Below are positions 1 to 13,633 of a stretch of 64,000 bases of DNA, one piece after another; position 1 is the first letter of the stretch, and the number at the start of each line of letters is the position of its first letter. A program made the position numbers and the translations under genes. This DNA comes from Octopus sinensis. Lineage: Eukaryota. Below the pieces are notes generated by a model that worked only from the letters and a program-made list of their open reading frames with translations, was not told where the DNA came from and did no database searches. Location: positions 126,232,001 to 126,296,000 of the forward strand of contig NC_042999.1 in NCBI RefSeq assembly GCF_006345805.1. Direction: 5' to 3'.

Positions 1-81
1 TATTAAGCAAGCGTTAACATTAGAATTCCTGGAATTATATGTACGTATGTATGTTTACATATATACAAAATAAAAAAACGT

Positions 82-83
<2 letters not shown>

Positions 84-118
<35 letters not shown>

Positions 119-119
119 T

Positions 120-169
<50 letters not shown>

Positions 170-480
170 AAGAGAGACAGGCAGACAGACAGACAGACAG
201 ACAGAGATAGATATAGATAGACAGATAAATAGATCGGTAGATATACATATATATATATTTGTATACATACATACATATATATGTATATATAGATACATAT
301 ACACGTATATATATATATATACGTACATATATATATATATATATACACACATATATATGTACATATATATCTCTATACGTATACATATATACAGTTACAT
401 ACGTATATATACGTATATATATGCATATATATACTCGTGCGCACACGCACATACACACTTACACACACACACTTTCGTAG
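84..480. repeat. Compound microsatellite (AT)n-(AG)n-(CAGA)n-(AT/AC)n
   Basis: Directly visible; explains the YI/ER/CV-repeat ORFs at 35-524. Confidence 0.97.
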
Positions 481-1473
481 CTAGACACATTTATGTTTAT
501 ATAAATACCTTAGATTGGCATTAGCAAAATAAATAATGCAACATGTGGTTATTCATGCACACATACATACACACCTAAATACACACACGCACATATACCT
601 ACACACACACCTATATATGCATACACAGATACATGCTTTGACATAAAGTAGGTGGGAGAGAGGGGGGGAGAGATTCTCTTTATGTCAAATTGAAAAAGTC
701 GTCACAAAAAGTGTTTTTTTTATCTATACACTAACAATAATTAATCCGCACACACACACACACACGCGATCATACACACACACGTATACAGACATACACT
801 GAATGACAATACAGGCAGACAGACAAACGGGCAGTCCGTGGAAGGGAAATAAATGTAATAAGTATAATAAATATACAATATACACGCCCTTTCTTGAATT
901 GAGTTTTTATTTTGCACGCGATTTATATGTTTATATATTTACCTGTATGCATGTATAGAAACATAGGTATACAGGGAAAACCGAAAACAGCATAATAATC
1001 AAACACACACACACACACACACACTCACACACACACACACACACACGCACGCACACACCACGCACACTCAACCACGCAACACACACACACGCACGCATGT
1101 ATTAACGTTCACACGCAAGATGTCTGCACTGTGTTCACTAGGTTTTTGCGTTCATTTTATGTCACTCTTATTCGTTCTGAAGTTCGTCACGTTGCATGGT
1201 AACAACAAGAACGAGAACAATAACAATAAATACAAAATAAGTCTGACAGTCTAACAGAAGCAAACTCAGCAGCAACAACAAATACAGTTACAAGAAATAT
1301 AACAAAAACAACAACAAAAACATCTACACAAACAAAACATGCATACGCAGCAACAAACACTAAGAATAACAAGAATGGAATCAAGGTTAGGTGCAGGCGT
1401 TACTAAGAAGAAAACACCAATAACATCATTAGAGAAAAAATACCAGCATGAGAAACAGCTACAATAATAATAA

Positions 1474-2597
1474 TCCTTTCTACTGTAGGCACAAGACCTG
1501 AAATTTTGGGGTAGTGAATAAGTCGATCACATCGACCCCAGTACCTGACTGGTACTTAATTTATCGATCCCGAAAGGATGAAAGGCGAAGTCGAGTTCGG
1601 TTGAATTTGAATTCAGAACGTACCAACGGCCAAAATGCCGCTAAGCATTTTGCCCGGCGTGCTAACGATCCTGCCAGCTCGCCGCTTTAGATACTATTAT
1701 AATAATGGTTTCAAATTTTGCCACAAGGGAAGCCTTTTCGGGGGAGGGGGATCGATTACATCAACTCCAGTAATTCACTGGTGCTTATTTTATCGGCCCG
1801 AAAGGATAAAAAGCAAAGTCGACCTCGGCGGAACTTGAACTCAGAACGTAGCAACGGCTGAAATACCTATTTCTTTACTACCCACAAGGGGCTAAACACA
1901 AAGAGGACAAACAAGGACAGACAAACGGATTAAGTCGATTATATCGACCCCAGTGTGTAACTGGTATTTATTTAATCGACTCCGAAAGGATGAAAGGCAA
2001 AGTCGACCTCGGCGGAACTTGAACTCAGAACGTAGCGACGGGTGAAATACCTATTTCTTTACTACCCACAAGGGGCTAAACACAGAGAGGACAAACAAGG
2101 ACAGACAAACGGGTTAAGTCGATTATATCAACTCCAGTGCGTAACTGGTACTTATTTAATCGACCCCGAAAGGATGAAAGGCAAAGTCGACCTCGGCGGA
2201 ATTTGAACTGAGAACGTAGCGGCAGACGAAATAATACTAAGCATTTCGCCCGGCATGCTAACGTTTCTGCCAGCTCGCCGCCTTAGCTACAATAATAATA
2301 ACGGTTGGCACTTCATCCGTCTTTACGTTCTGCGTTCAAATTCCGCCGAAGTCGACTTGCCTTTGAAACCAATAATAATAATAGTGCACAAATTTTGACA
2401 CAAAGCCAGCAAGTTCGAGGGAGAGACTAAGTCAATTACAACGACCCCACTACTCAATTGTTACTTATTTTATCGACCCCGAAAGGATGAGAAGCAAAGT
2501 CGACTTCGGCGGAATTTGAACTCAGAACGTAAAGACAGACAAGATACCGCGAAACATTTTGTCTGGCGTACTACCGATTCCGGTAACCCACCGCCTT
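1474..2597 (-). mobile_element. Cluster of tRNA-derived SINE family A copies (octopus OK/OR-type), including a head-to-tail trimer at 1705-2284
   Basis: Minus strand reads AAGGCGGCGAGCTGGCAGAA (A-box-like), GAGTTCAAATTCCGCC (B-box-like) and GTCGACTTTGCCTTTCATCCTTTCGGGGTCGAT; internal period about 184 bp (aaatacctat at 1861 and 2045). Confidence 0.85.
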
Positions 2598-3119
2598 AAC
2601 AGTAATAATATCTTAGCTATGCTCTGTCCAACCTAGAGTTCTATATAGAAGTTTGTCCCCACGTTGGAACATCGATGACTTTTTCTTTCTTTCCTTTTCA
2701 ACCTCCCTCTCTCCCCCGCCTCTCTCACTCGACCTGCTGTGCTGCTGTAAGCATTCACGATGCTATGATGGGTATTTAATGGACCAAAAATGTGTCTGTT
2801 TCTATTATTTCTAACTCTGAAATATCGCTGCCTCTGATTCAAAAACTTGAGATGTTTATAGTTAGATTTCTATATGCTTGCTAAATTTTTTAAATCTTAG
2901 CTACGATGTGATGTTTCATAGATGCTAAAACTTTGAAATGCTGTTCATAGATTTCTATATTTTAGCTATGCTCTGTCCATCTTGTCGCCGCTCCTCTGCA
3001 GCTGTAAAGATCCACCCAGTTTCTGCATTTTTTCTTTTTTTTAAAATCATGTTCGTAATTTTATGAATTTCACCAACTCCTTTGTTGCACTTGGAAACAA
3101 CACTTATTGTAATGCTTCT

Positions 3120-3282
3120 CTGATTACATCAAATTCAGTGTTTCACTGGTACTTAATTTAACGACCCCGAAAGGATGAAAGGCAAAGTCGACCACGGCAG
3201 AATTTGAACTCAGAACATAGAGACGGGTGATATACCGCTAAGCATTTCGTCCAGCGTGCTAGCGATTCTGCGATCCCCCGCC

Positions 3283-3285
<3 letters not shown>
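3120..3285 (-). mobile_element. SINE family A copy abutting (TAA)n
   Basis: Same core as other family A copies; (TAA)n follows at 3286-3340. Confidence 0.85.
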
Positions 3286-3341
<56 letters not shown>

Positions 3342-4293
3342 TAGCAGAAACACTCATCATTGACTGGTTTGAAAAAAGCTGCCAAAATTGTACTATGGAT
3401 ATTGAAAGTTATTCACTTAGATTGTATTGAACATATATAATAAATGGCTGTTAACATATTTATTGAACTTAAGTATTACAACAAACAAAAATACAAATAG
3501 CTTTTCTTGGACGAATAGACTGATGGCTCGAAGATATAAATATAAAACGAATAAAAACAATATAATGCTGTTAAAGTGCACACACAAATTTAGTAAGAAT
3601 ATATAGTAACAACCTATCTCTGTGAGTAGCATACTTTACTTCTTACTCATAAAATAATGAAAGATACAATTGTAGATCAAACATTCTAAAACATAAAAAA
3701 TAGACCATGAATGAGTTTTTGAGTCTATGAAGTTTCATTCTATTCTGATGCCTTATTAATGCTCACATATTCGATTTCCACTTGTTTATTTATTTTTTCT
3801 TCTAAAATTTTCGTTGCTCCTTGCAACGTCTTCAGTAATTGTTGACTGTGTCCGTTATTGGAGCTGTTTCTTTTTGTTTGTTTGTTTGTGCGCATGCGTG
3901 TGCGTCAAGGTGCATATGTATACATATATGTAAGTATGTATGTATGTATATATTGTATGTAAGAGTGTATGCATATATGTATGCGTACTGTATGTATGTA
4001 TGCATGCATTCTGCATATTCATGTGTTTGTGTGTGCATGTTTGTGTGTTTGTATGTATGCTGTCTCCCTTAGACCGGGCATTTTTTAATGGAGCTTGCAC
4101 TCTGTGCAACATTTTGGAAAAGGGCCCGTAGCTCCCTGAGCGGGGGGCACCTAGAGACTCGTGACTACTTCCATTGTCTTCCTCGGAATATTTTATACAA
4201 GAATTAACTTTTAATGTTATGTAGATGCTATAGCCTTTCTTCCTATAAATCGACAAGCAGACACACACACAGACGTTCATCTTTAATGTATTG

Positions 4294-4351
<58 letters not shown>

Positions 4352-5835
4352 TAATAACGATGATGATGATCATCATCATGATCGTGACGATAATGATCAT
4401 GATCATGATGATAATAATAAGAATAACAAGGACAAGAATAACAACAACAACAACAATGGCATTATCAACGAAATGGTAAAACATACGTTTTCAAATTAGA
4501 TGTAACAAATCGTTATTATAATAAACAAACGTTATAAGTTTCTAAGCATAAGAAAATAACGTGTTTTGGAAATGAAAATGCTAAACAAAATAATTATCTT
4601 TAAATTTCTTAATGATTTAACAAAATACATTTAAACTGTTTCGACATTTAATTCTACCATAGTCTTTGCTCTTAAAATTTATTTTCTTTTGTTCCCATCC
4701 CTTGAAAACGTTTGTATGTATTCAACACAGATTAAGTAGTTATAGTATATTGTGTACTTTTGACCCTTATGCTGTTTTTGTGGGGTTTTTTTCTGTTTTT
4801 TAGATGACACAGAGCCAGACTTGTTGGGTATAAAAGTTTTAACATTTTACATTTTAAAAGTAAATCCCATGTTTAAAAAGTTAAATAAAAATGTCGAGGA
4901 GCAAAATATTTATTTCAAAATAGTTATTTTTACAAATGAATAATAACTATCAAATTTTCAAAACAGCTGATGTTTTGATGCTGATTCACTATACAGAAAG
5001 AAACAAATGTTATTGAAGTCATTTCGAGCTTGAAATGATAGCTCGTGCTTTTCAACACCTATTGCCTTAAGCGAGAAAGGTCCTCCACAGAAGATTAGCA
5101 GTGGATACTGCGTTTGTACAGATCAAATATGTCCCAGACATATTTGAACTGATCTAAATGTTTGTTTATGCGCAACACTACTTCCGCGCGCCCACTACAA
5201 TATTGATATTATTGTTACCTCTGAATCAAAATAGTGGATCATTAATTCAAGTGATTGGGAAAATTCATATAATTTCTAGAATCAGCACACCGAATATACC
5301 TAAAAATAGGCCTAATGTCTAAGGTATAAAATGTAAGATGCAACCGGGGTTTCTAATTTTAGCGAGCGAGTGGATACACAAGAGTGTAAATGTATGCTAT
5401 ATATCCAAACCAAGAAGTAGCAGGAGGAAGCTGCTAGCATATTTGAGATCAGTGCCCCAAATACACCTATGAATATGGTTAATTTTCAGCTCAGCAAAAT
5501 TTTCTTTGTGATTTTACTGTCCAATGTTGTCTACTAGCTTATATTTGATTGTGCTCCAATACACTCATGAAAATTGGTGTTAAGTAACCTCATATTAACA
5601 AACATCATGTAAAAAGAAACGTCCGCCACTTCTATGATGTTCTTCATTTCTCTGAAGAACTTCCTCTATATCAAATTTTAGCCTTCTTTTGCCTCTCGGG
5701 TTTCACGCTACATTTTACCTAATCGTTCTTCTCCCGATTTATGCGCTTTTGGAATTTCTCATCATGCTTTTCATAACCATTAAATTGAAACAAACATAAT
5801 AAACACTAACTGTACAACAATATTTCAGTCATCGT

Positions 5836-6045
5836 AAGACGGCGAGTTGGCAGAATCGTTAGCTCGCCTGGCCGCTTAGCGGCATTTCCTCCGTTTCACG
5901 TTCTGAGTTCAAATTCCGTCGCGGTTGACTTTGCCTTTCTTCATTTCGGGGTCGATAAAGTAAGTTCCAGTTGTTACTGGGGTAGAAGCAATCGACTTAC
6001 CCTTTCTCCCGATATCGATGGCCTTGTGCGAAAATTTGAAATCAA
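5836..6045 (+). mobile_element. SINE family A copy
   Basis: aagacggcgagttggcagaatcgttagc...gttctgagttcaaattccg...tttcggggtcgataa. Confidence 0.85.
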
Positions 6046-6746
6046 TAGTTCAGTTATCGTTATCGTCGAACAAAAACAGTATTAAATGTATTAAATGTAA
6101 ATGGCCGCTTTTCTCTAATCACATATCTTCTCACTAAAAGCACAAAAACATATCTCGTAAACGTTTTCAAATCAAAGAATCTAGATGTTCTATCCCGTAT
6201 GATTTCAGACCAATTTCTATCATATAACTTGCAATATAATAATGCTAACAACTGATTTTACCTTTCTCATTGTATTCAAAATAGTTTCTTAAGGTAATAA
6301 CCCTCCACACACCATTTGTATTCTATTTCTGTCTGACTACAGCCAAGTCAGCTAAAACAGTGCATATAAAATTCACCAACCTGTCTGAATATGCACATTT
6401 TGTTTACATTCTTCGATGAGAACGGTTTAACGTTACCGAATCTGTCTTTAGTATTTTGGATGCAATACAAGAATATTAGCTTTACTTCAGATTTGTTGCT
6501 GATTCAGTTCAAATTTGGTTACTGTTTTTATGTTTTCTATATATACTCTGGAATATACCTCGCAAATTTTATTCTCAAGTCTATTTCCCCGACCTCTGCT
6601 ATATATTTCTCTTTACATTATTAAAATTCTTTCACTTTCTTCATTTCTCAATACCTACACAAATGCTCACATTTGCATACAACGCATATCGCTTTAAGCT
6701 AACAGCTTAAAACATTGGATTGTGGCAACATATATGCTTGTGTATT

Positions 6747-6823
<77 letters not shown>

Positions 6824-6846
6824 AATATATTTATATACATATATAT

Positions 6847-6893
<47 letters not shown>

Positions 6894-7103
6894 AGCGGCA
6901 AGTTAACAGATGGCTTTAGCAGTAACTATTTGGTCTAATGACTAACAATAGTGATACGTTCGTTATTCCATTCCATAATTTTATACGTAAGGCATCTGCA
7001 GGAAGCTGTCGGAATTGGTTTCAATTAACCAACTTTAACAAACATTGTATTTTACGGTAGTTAGTTCTCTATTTTTCTTCGGTTGCTACTCATTCTGTGT
7101 TTG

Positions 7104-7139
<36 letters not shown>

Positions 7140-7166
7140 CATAAAATCATGTATACATACATACAT

Positions 7167-7272
<106 letters not shown>

Positions 7273-7289
7273 GCATACATACTTACATA

Positions 7290-7505
7290 TAAGAGACCAA
7301 AGTGTACGTACACCGCTATATGTTTTATTTATAAAAAATACAAAATGGGACAAGAACGCAAAATATCCAGACAGCTAGGTGATACAAAAAAGAGACAAGA
7401 AAACATACAGATAGACGATACAAAGAAAACAAGGACGGGTCATTCGGAGTTTTCTTCCTCAGTCGAGTTCCAGATTATCTTTGCAATTTCGGCTGGTTAT
7501 ACTCG
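7290..7505. repeat. Interspersed repeat homologous to 57770-57987 (possible Penelope terminal repeat piece)
   Basis: Near-identical text, e.g. aaaatgggacaagaac...cctcagtcgagttccagattatctttgca...ggctggttatactcga, in both places. Confidence 0.8.
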
Positions 7506-7536
<31 letters not shown>

Positions 7537-7580
7537 CACACACACACACACACACACTCACACACACACACACTCACACA

Positions 7581-7656
<76 letters not shown>

Positions 7657-7677
7657 GATAGATAGATAGATAGATAG

Positions 7678-7739
<62 letters not shown>

Positions 7740-7826
7740 AGGGTGAAATATAATTAATTTAATAAAATCAATAAATTTCACCTAGTAGTATTTCGGTATG
7801 GAAAAGGACCATATTCGGTAACCATT

Positions 7827-8014
7827 TATATAATTATAATAATAAGGGTTTTTTTGCAACAAGTTGCTTAAACCACATTCCGAAAATATTAGAAATAGCA
7901 GTCAAAGGACTACTATTTCTTTTACTACAAAAATAATTGACTGCTATTTCTAATATTTTCGGTATGTGGTTTAAGCAACTTGTTGCAAAAAACACTTATT
8001 ATTATAATTATATA
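7827..8014. repeat. Foldback inverted repeat, ~78-bp arms, ~31-bp spacer
   Basis: 7827-7905 (...ttgcaacaagttgcttaaaccacattccgaaaatattagaaatagcagtcaa) is the reverse complement of 7937-8014 with few mismatches. Confidence 0.92.
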
Positions 8015-8620
8015 TATATATATTAAATTACGAATTAAGAGCTGCTTTAATAATGTAATCATTATCAGTTACACATACATAGTGTATGCGTGCGTTTTGA
8101 TTATACTCTCATTTACTGTATTAGAGCGTCCAAAGAAAACCCCCTACACGGCGCCGAGTGTTAAAGAACACAAAATGTCTCAGGCCATCCGAGACAACTC
8201 GTCATGAATGCCCGAGATTGGTAAGTACCGATATTTCACCATTATTATGGCTTATCAATACCCATGTACTTGGATCACTTCGAAACGAAATGAATCGCTA
8301 ATCTGAGACTTATATGCAAACAGAATGAAATCCATTTGTTGATGTACTGTGGCGTAGCACACGTGAAAGAAAATCAAATTACGAATCAGAAGCAGTCCTA
8401 GTTATGTAAACATTATCGGTCACGATCCATTATTAATGACAATACAAAGGAATTTACATCAAAGTTGCATGACACTTACCAAAGTTTGATAAGATTCATG
8501 CGCAAAAAGTTCGGCCCTCAAGTTACTTTGTAATATCTGCTGATTAAAATGATTAAAATGAATAAAACAGGAATACCATTCACTGCGTTCTATTTATCCT
8601 CTTTGATCTACCGAGCCCCC

Positions 8621-8705
<85 letters not shown>

Positions 8706-9683
8706 TGGTGATCTAAACGAATAGGTACGCTGAGTGAGTGCTATAATTGTTCATCCGTTAGGTTCCAAGTTCACAGCTGAGGCTGGAGCTAGGGATCCGT
8801 ATTAGGCTTCATACACACGTAAACATACTCATATACACAGTGATAATAGAATGCTCAAGCAACTTCTTTATATGAATGTATGTGTAAAGTGCCGGAATTC
8901 GATACATGCTTCCCGGAATGGATAAAAATACAACAATCTTCGAAGGAAAAACTACATCTCTTCCGTGCTCGCTACACCAATTTCTCTTCTATCAAAAGAA
9001 TTCCAATTAAATTTTTCTAAAAATTACACCCCTGCATTTTTGTTTACTACTTTTATCTCCTATAGCAACAAACTTCTAACATCCAACAGTTTTAAATCAA
9101 TATTAACTACGTCAACTTTCCATCGCTTTCTTAAACTGTTATTTTTGGGGGAGTGGAAAAACTATTATAGATATGAAGAAACCGTCCTTTATGCAGTAAC
9201 CAAACACAGGAAACATTTTTAGCCCTCGAAACATACACAAATAATACAAGGAAGACTTTTAACCAAAACAAGTTATGTCTTCATCAACTCTTTCAATTCA
9301 TTGTATCTATCAGGTAATATTCAATTCGGTTTTCTGTAATTTGATGTATGTAGGATAAAGGTAAGAAAGGCCGTGGCTCTATATGGAAGGTTTGAGAAAG
9401 ACATGGTTTTCACAAGACGAAGAAGGTCAATTGCACCATGCGGGTCAACAGAAAGATAATATGCAACAAATATCTTTGTTTCCAGGCAGCTGCAACTTCT
9501 GTGCTCATGGATAGTGAATGTGATGCATCTCCTCCATGGAGTTAAATCCAGTACAGGCCAGTAAACAAGAAATATTATTCATTATATATAACTTGCTCCC
9601 AAACTATCTGAGCAAAAATATCGACTCCCTTTGTAATATGAAATATTAATTGTTTATTCTGTCTGTGTGTCTGTCTATCTGTC

Positions 9684-9747
<64 letters not shown>

Positions 9748-9777
9748 CATGTATATATACTAGATCTATATGTACTT

Positions 9778-10185
9778 AGGCGCAGGTGTGGCTATGTGGT
9801 AAGAGGCTTTCTTCCCAACCACACATGCTTCCGTGTTCAGTATCATTATGTGGCACCTTGGGCAAGTGTTTTATGTTATAACTTCCGGCTAACCAAAGTC
9901 TTGTTAGTGGATTTGGTAAACGGAAACTAAAAGAAGCCTGTCGTTATATACAATATATATATATATATATACACATACATATGTGTATGTGTGTGTGCGT
10001 CTTTGTCCCCCTACCACCGTTGGTGTGTTAACGTCTCCGTAACCTAGATGTTCGGCAAAACAAAATGATAGAATAAGTGTTAAGCTTTAAAAAAGTCCTA
10101 GGATCGATTTATTCGACTAAAACCCTTCAAGGCGATGCCCCAGCATGGCTGCAGTCTAATGACTGGAGCAAGTAAAAGATAAAAA
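9778..10185 (+). mobile_element. tRNA-derived SINE family B (CORE/V-like ccttgggcaagtg motif) with internal (AT)/(GT) tract
   Basis: aggcgcaggtgtggctatgtggtaag...ggcaccttgggcaagtg...; 3' end cagcatggctgcagtc.aatgactgg..caagtaaaag. Confidence 0.85.
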
Positions 10186-11081
10186 ATACATATATACATG
10201 TAACATTTATATATCGAATTTCTATCTGAAGCTGGAGAAAGAAACATATCTTAATTTTCTGTTTAGTGTTCAACTAGTTTCCATTGGCATATTTAAATCA
10301 AACACATAAACGCATGTATATAAATTCGTTTTTTGTATAAATTCGTTTTTTGTATCTGGTTTGCAAGAAGCTTTATGCGAATTTGTGTGTTGAAACAAAT
10401 TTTTTTTTTGTGTCTGGGGAGAGTCATACTGTCTTAATATCTAAAACACTCACCGGTTCAATTTCCATTCATTCATTATTATATTTTCTCCTTTCCAAAA
10501 TCTTCGTTGATTTTCAACCTTTTCAATTGATGTTAACTCTGTTATTGGAGCTGCGTTCCTTTTTGTAAAATTCACGCTAAACATTTCAGTTAAAGTGTAC
10601 TGTACTATGTGGAGGGTGGAGGCAAAACGGTGAATTATATAAATAAATACAAAACAAATGATTAAGCATACTGATCGGTAAGGAAAAAAAAAAGTACATA
10701 GTTTATTCGACCAACAATGGTGGCCATTAATCTTTCAACAGAGCGTATACTCAGAGTATAGCCAGGAAATTGTAACATTAATTGTAGCAACGTAGACCTA
10801 ATTCTTACTGTAACATAGCTGGCATTAAGTGTATTCCTGTAAATTTATCTGAGTCTCGAAGAGGCATAGTAAGTACGTTAACTATAATACATTCTTTTAC
10901 AGCAATTATGGCTTCCTATCGACGGTATGGAATATCATGTGCCAATTAATAAGAATAGATTCTTTCCGTTGATAACTGCAATGTTTTCACGCCACATTTC
11001 TTCAATGTATGTTGAATGTATGTTGAAAAATACTTACATATATACATACATGCATACATATACACATATATATGTATCTGT

Positions 11082-11163
<82 letters not shown>

Positions 11164-12338
11164 CGTGTGTGTTTGTATGTGTATCTTGCTTATATACGCA
11201 TATATATATATATATATTATATATATATACACATACATATGTGTATGTGTGTGTGCGTCTTTGTCCCCCTACCACCGTTGGTGTGTTAACGTCTCCGTAA
11301 CCTAGATGTTCGGCAAAACAAAATGATAGAATAAGTGTTAAGCTTTAAAAAAGTCCTAGGATCGATTTATTCGACTAAAACCCTTCAAGGCGATGCCCCA
11401 GCATGGCTGCAGTCTAATGACTGGAGCAAGTAAAAGATAAAAATACATATATACATGTAACATTTATATATCGAATTTCTATCTGAAGCTGGAGAAAGAA
11501 ACATATCTTAATTTTCTGTTAGTGTTCAACTAGTTTCCATTGGCATATTTAAATCAAACACATAAACGCATGTATATAAATTCGTTTTTTGTATAAATTC
11601 GTTTTTTGTATCTGGTTTGCAAGAAGCTTTATGCGAATTTGTGTGTTGAAACAAATTTTTTTTTTGTGTCTGGGGAGAGTCATACTGTCTTAATATCTAA
11701 AACACTCACCGGTTCAATTTCCATTCATTCATTATTTATATTTTCTCCTTTCCAAAATCTTCGTTGATTTTCAACCTTTTCAATTGATGTTAACTCTGTT
11801 ATTGGAGCTGCGTTCCTTTTTGTAAAATTCACGCTAAACATTTCAGTTAAAGTGTACTGTACTATGTGGAGGGTGGAGGCAAAACGGTGAATTATATAAA
11901 TAAATACAAAACAAATGATTAAGCATACTGATCGGTAAGGAAAAAAAAAAGTACATAGTTTATTCGACCAACAATGGTGGCCATTAATCTTTCAACAGAG
12001 CGTATACTCAGAGTATAGCCAGGAAATTGTAACATTAATTGTAGCAACGTAGACCTAATTCTTACTGTAACATAGCTGGCATTAAGTGTATTCCTGTAAA
12101 TTTATCTGAGTCTCGAAGAGGCATAGTAAGTACGTTAACTATAATACATTCTTTTACAGCAATTATGGCTTCCTATCGACGGTATGGAATATCATGTGCC
12201 AATTAATAAGAATAGATTCTTTCCGTTGATAACTGCAATGTTTTCACGCCACATTTCTTCAATGTATGTTGAATGTATGTTGAAAAATACTTACATATAT
12301 ACATACATGCATACATATACACATATATATGTATCTGT

Positions 12339-12418
<80 letters not shown>

Positions 12419-12451
12419 CGTGTGTGTTTGTATGTGTATCTTGCTTATATA

Positions 12452-12470
<19 letters not shown>
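9960..12470. repeat. Tandem duplication, period ~1257-1258 bp
   Basis: ctttgtcccc at 10001 and 11259; twin ORFs at 10927 and 12184; the only unique-sequence difference I spotted is a 1-bp T indel. Confidence 0.95.
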
Positions 12471-12483
<13 letters not shown>

Positions 12484-12899
12484 CGTATGTATGTATGTAT
12501 GTATGTATGTATGTATGTATGTATGTATGTATGTATGTATGTATGTATGAATGCATGTATATACATAAGAATATTTATATTCTTTTATGCTTCTGCTGGC
12601 TTTAGTCACTGGAATGTGGGGTCATGCCGGGGCACATTATCAAAAGTTATATGTTTGTATAGTATGTGTGCATGTGTGTGTGTATGTATATGTATATGTG
12701 AGAGAGAGAGACTGCGTGCACGTGTGTGATGGTAAAATTATCTGATAATTGAAAGAGTGTAATAATATTACTTTTCGCAAATGAGGGAATAAAGGTAATG
12801 AAAAACAATTGTAGACCTATATCATTAACTTTCATATGATTATAATATGTGCAACGAATAAAAAAATAACTGACTATGTTCCTTGAGGAAAAAAGATTT

Positions 12900-13175
12900 T
12901 GAGTTTCTTCCCAGAGACAACTACTACAGCCCCTTGACTTGACGCTAAAGCAGTTACAAAACCAATCAAATTCTGGTGTTTGTCCTTGGACTTTGCAAAG
13001 GCGATTGACAAATTTCTAATCTCGAGGTTGAGTTTTATATGCCACAAGGTTCGTGACGTCGTTGTTGTTGGAAAACTATGAGAATGGATGTGTGGCTTCT
13101 TAGAAGTTGTTACAGCCAGTAATGTCCACTTTAAAGAATCAACTATTCAGAGTGGGATACCACAGGGAAATTTCA
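12900..13175 (+). pseudogene. CR1/L2-group LINE reverse transcriptase relic
   Basis: Across frameshifts reads QLLQPLDLTLKQL...DFAKAIDK...GKL*EWMCGFL...SGIPQG, matching RT motifs DFxKAFDKV and SGVPQG. Confidence 0.65.
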
Positions 13176-13204
13176 AATTTAGTTCGAACACCCTATGTAT
13201 ATCA

Positions 13205-13206
13205 AA

Positions 13207-13285
<79 letters not shown>

Positions 13286-13330
13286 CATCTATCTATCCAT
13301 CTATCTATCTATCTATATATCTATCTATCC

Positions 13331-13373
<43 letters not shown>

Positions 13374-13550
13374 CATCTATCTATCTATCCATCTATCTAT
13401 CTACCTATCTATCTATCCATTTATCTATCTATCCATCTATCTATCTACCTATCCATCTATCTATCTATCTATCTATCTATTTTTCTATCTGTCTGTCTGT
13501 TTGTCTATCTATCTATCTATCTATCTATCTATATATCTATCTATCTATTT
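13205..13550. repeat. (CTAT)n tetranucleotide microsatellite
   Basis: Directly visible; source of the SIYL-repeat ORFs. Confidence 0.97.
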
Positions 13551-13633
13551 TCTTTTATATCTACTTCTATATCAATAAACCTTTTTAAATATCCTTAAAC
13601 TTTTATACTTTTAAACTTTTATCCTTAAACTTT

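Noticed and set aside
35-524. Long ORFs such as 39..524, 7045..7665, 13088..13598, 47155..47952 and 53509..54360
   Set aside because: Translations of (AT)n, (CA)n, (CTAT)n and similar microsatellites; low-complexity peptides open in several frames at once.
1474-2597. tRNA-like heads and regularly spaced repeats (possible tRNA genes or CRISPR array)
   Set aside because: A/B boxes belong to SINE heads with extra internal sequence and long tails; the units are ~184-bp SINE bodies with no unique spacers.
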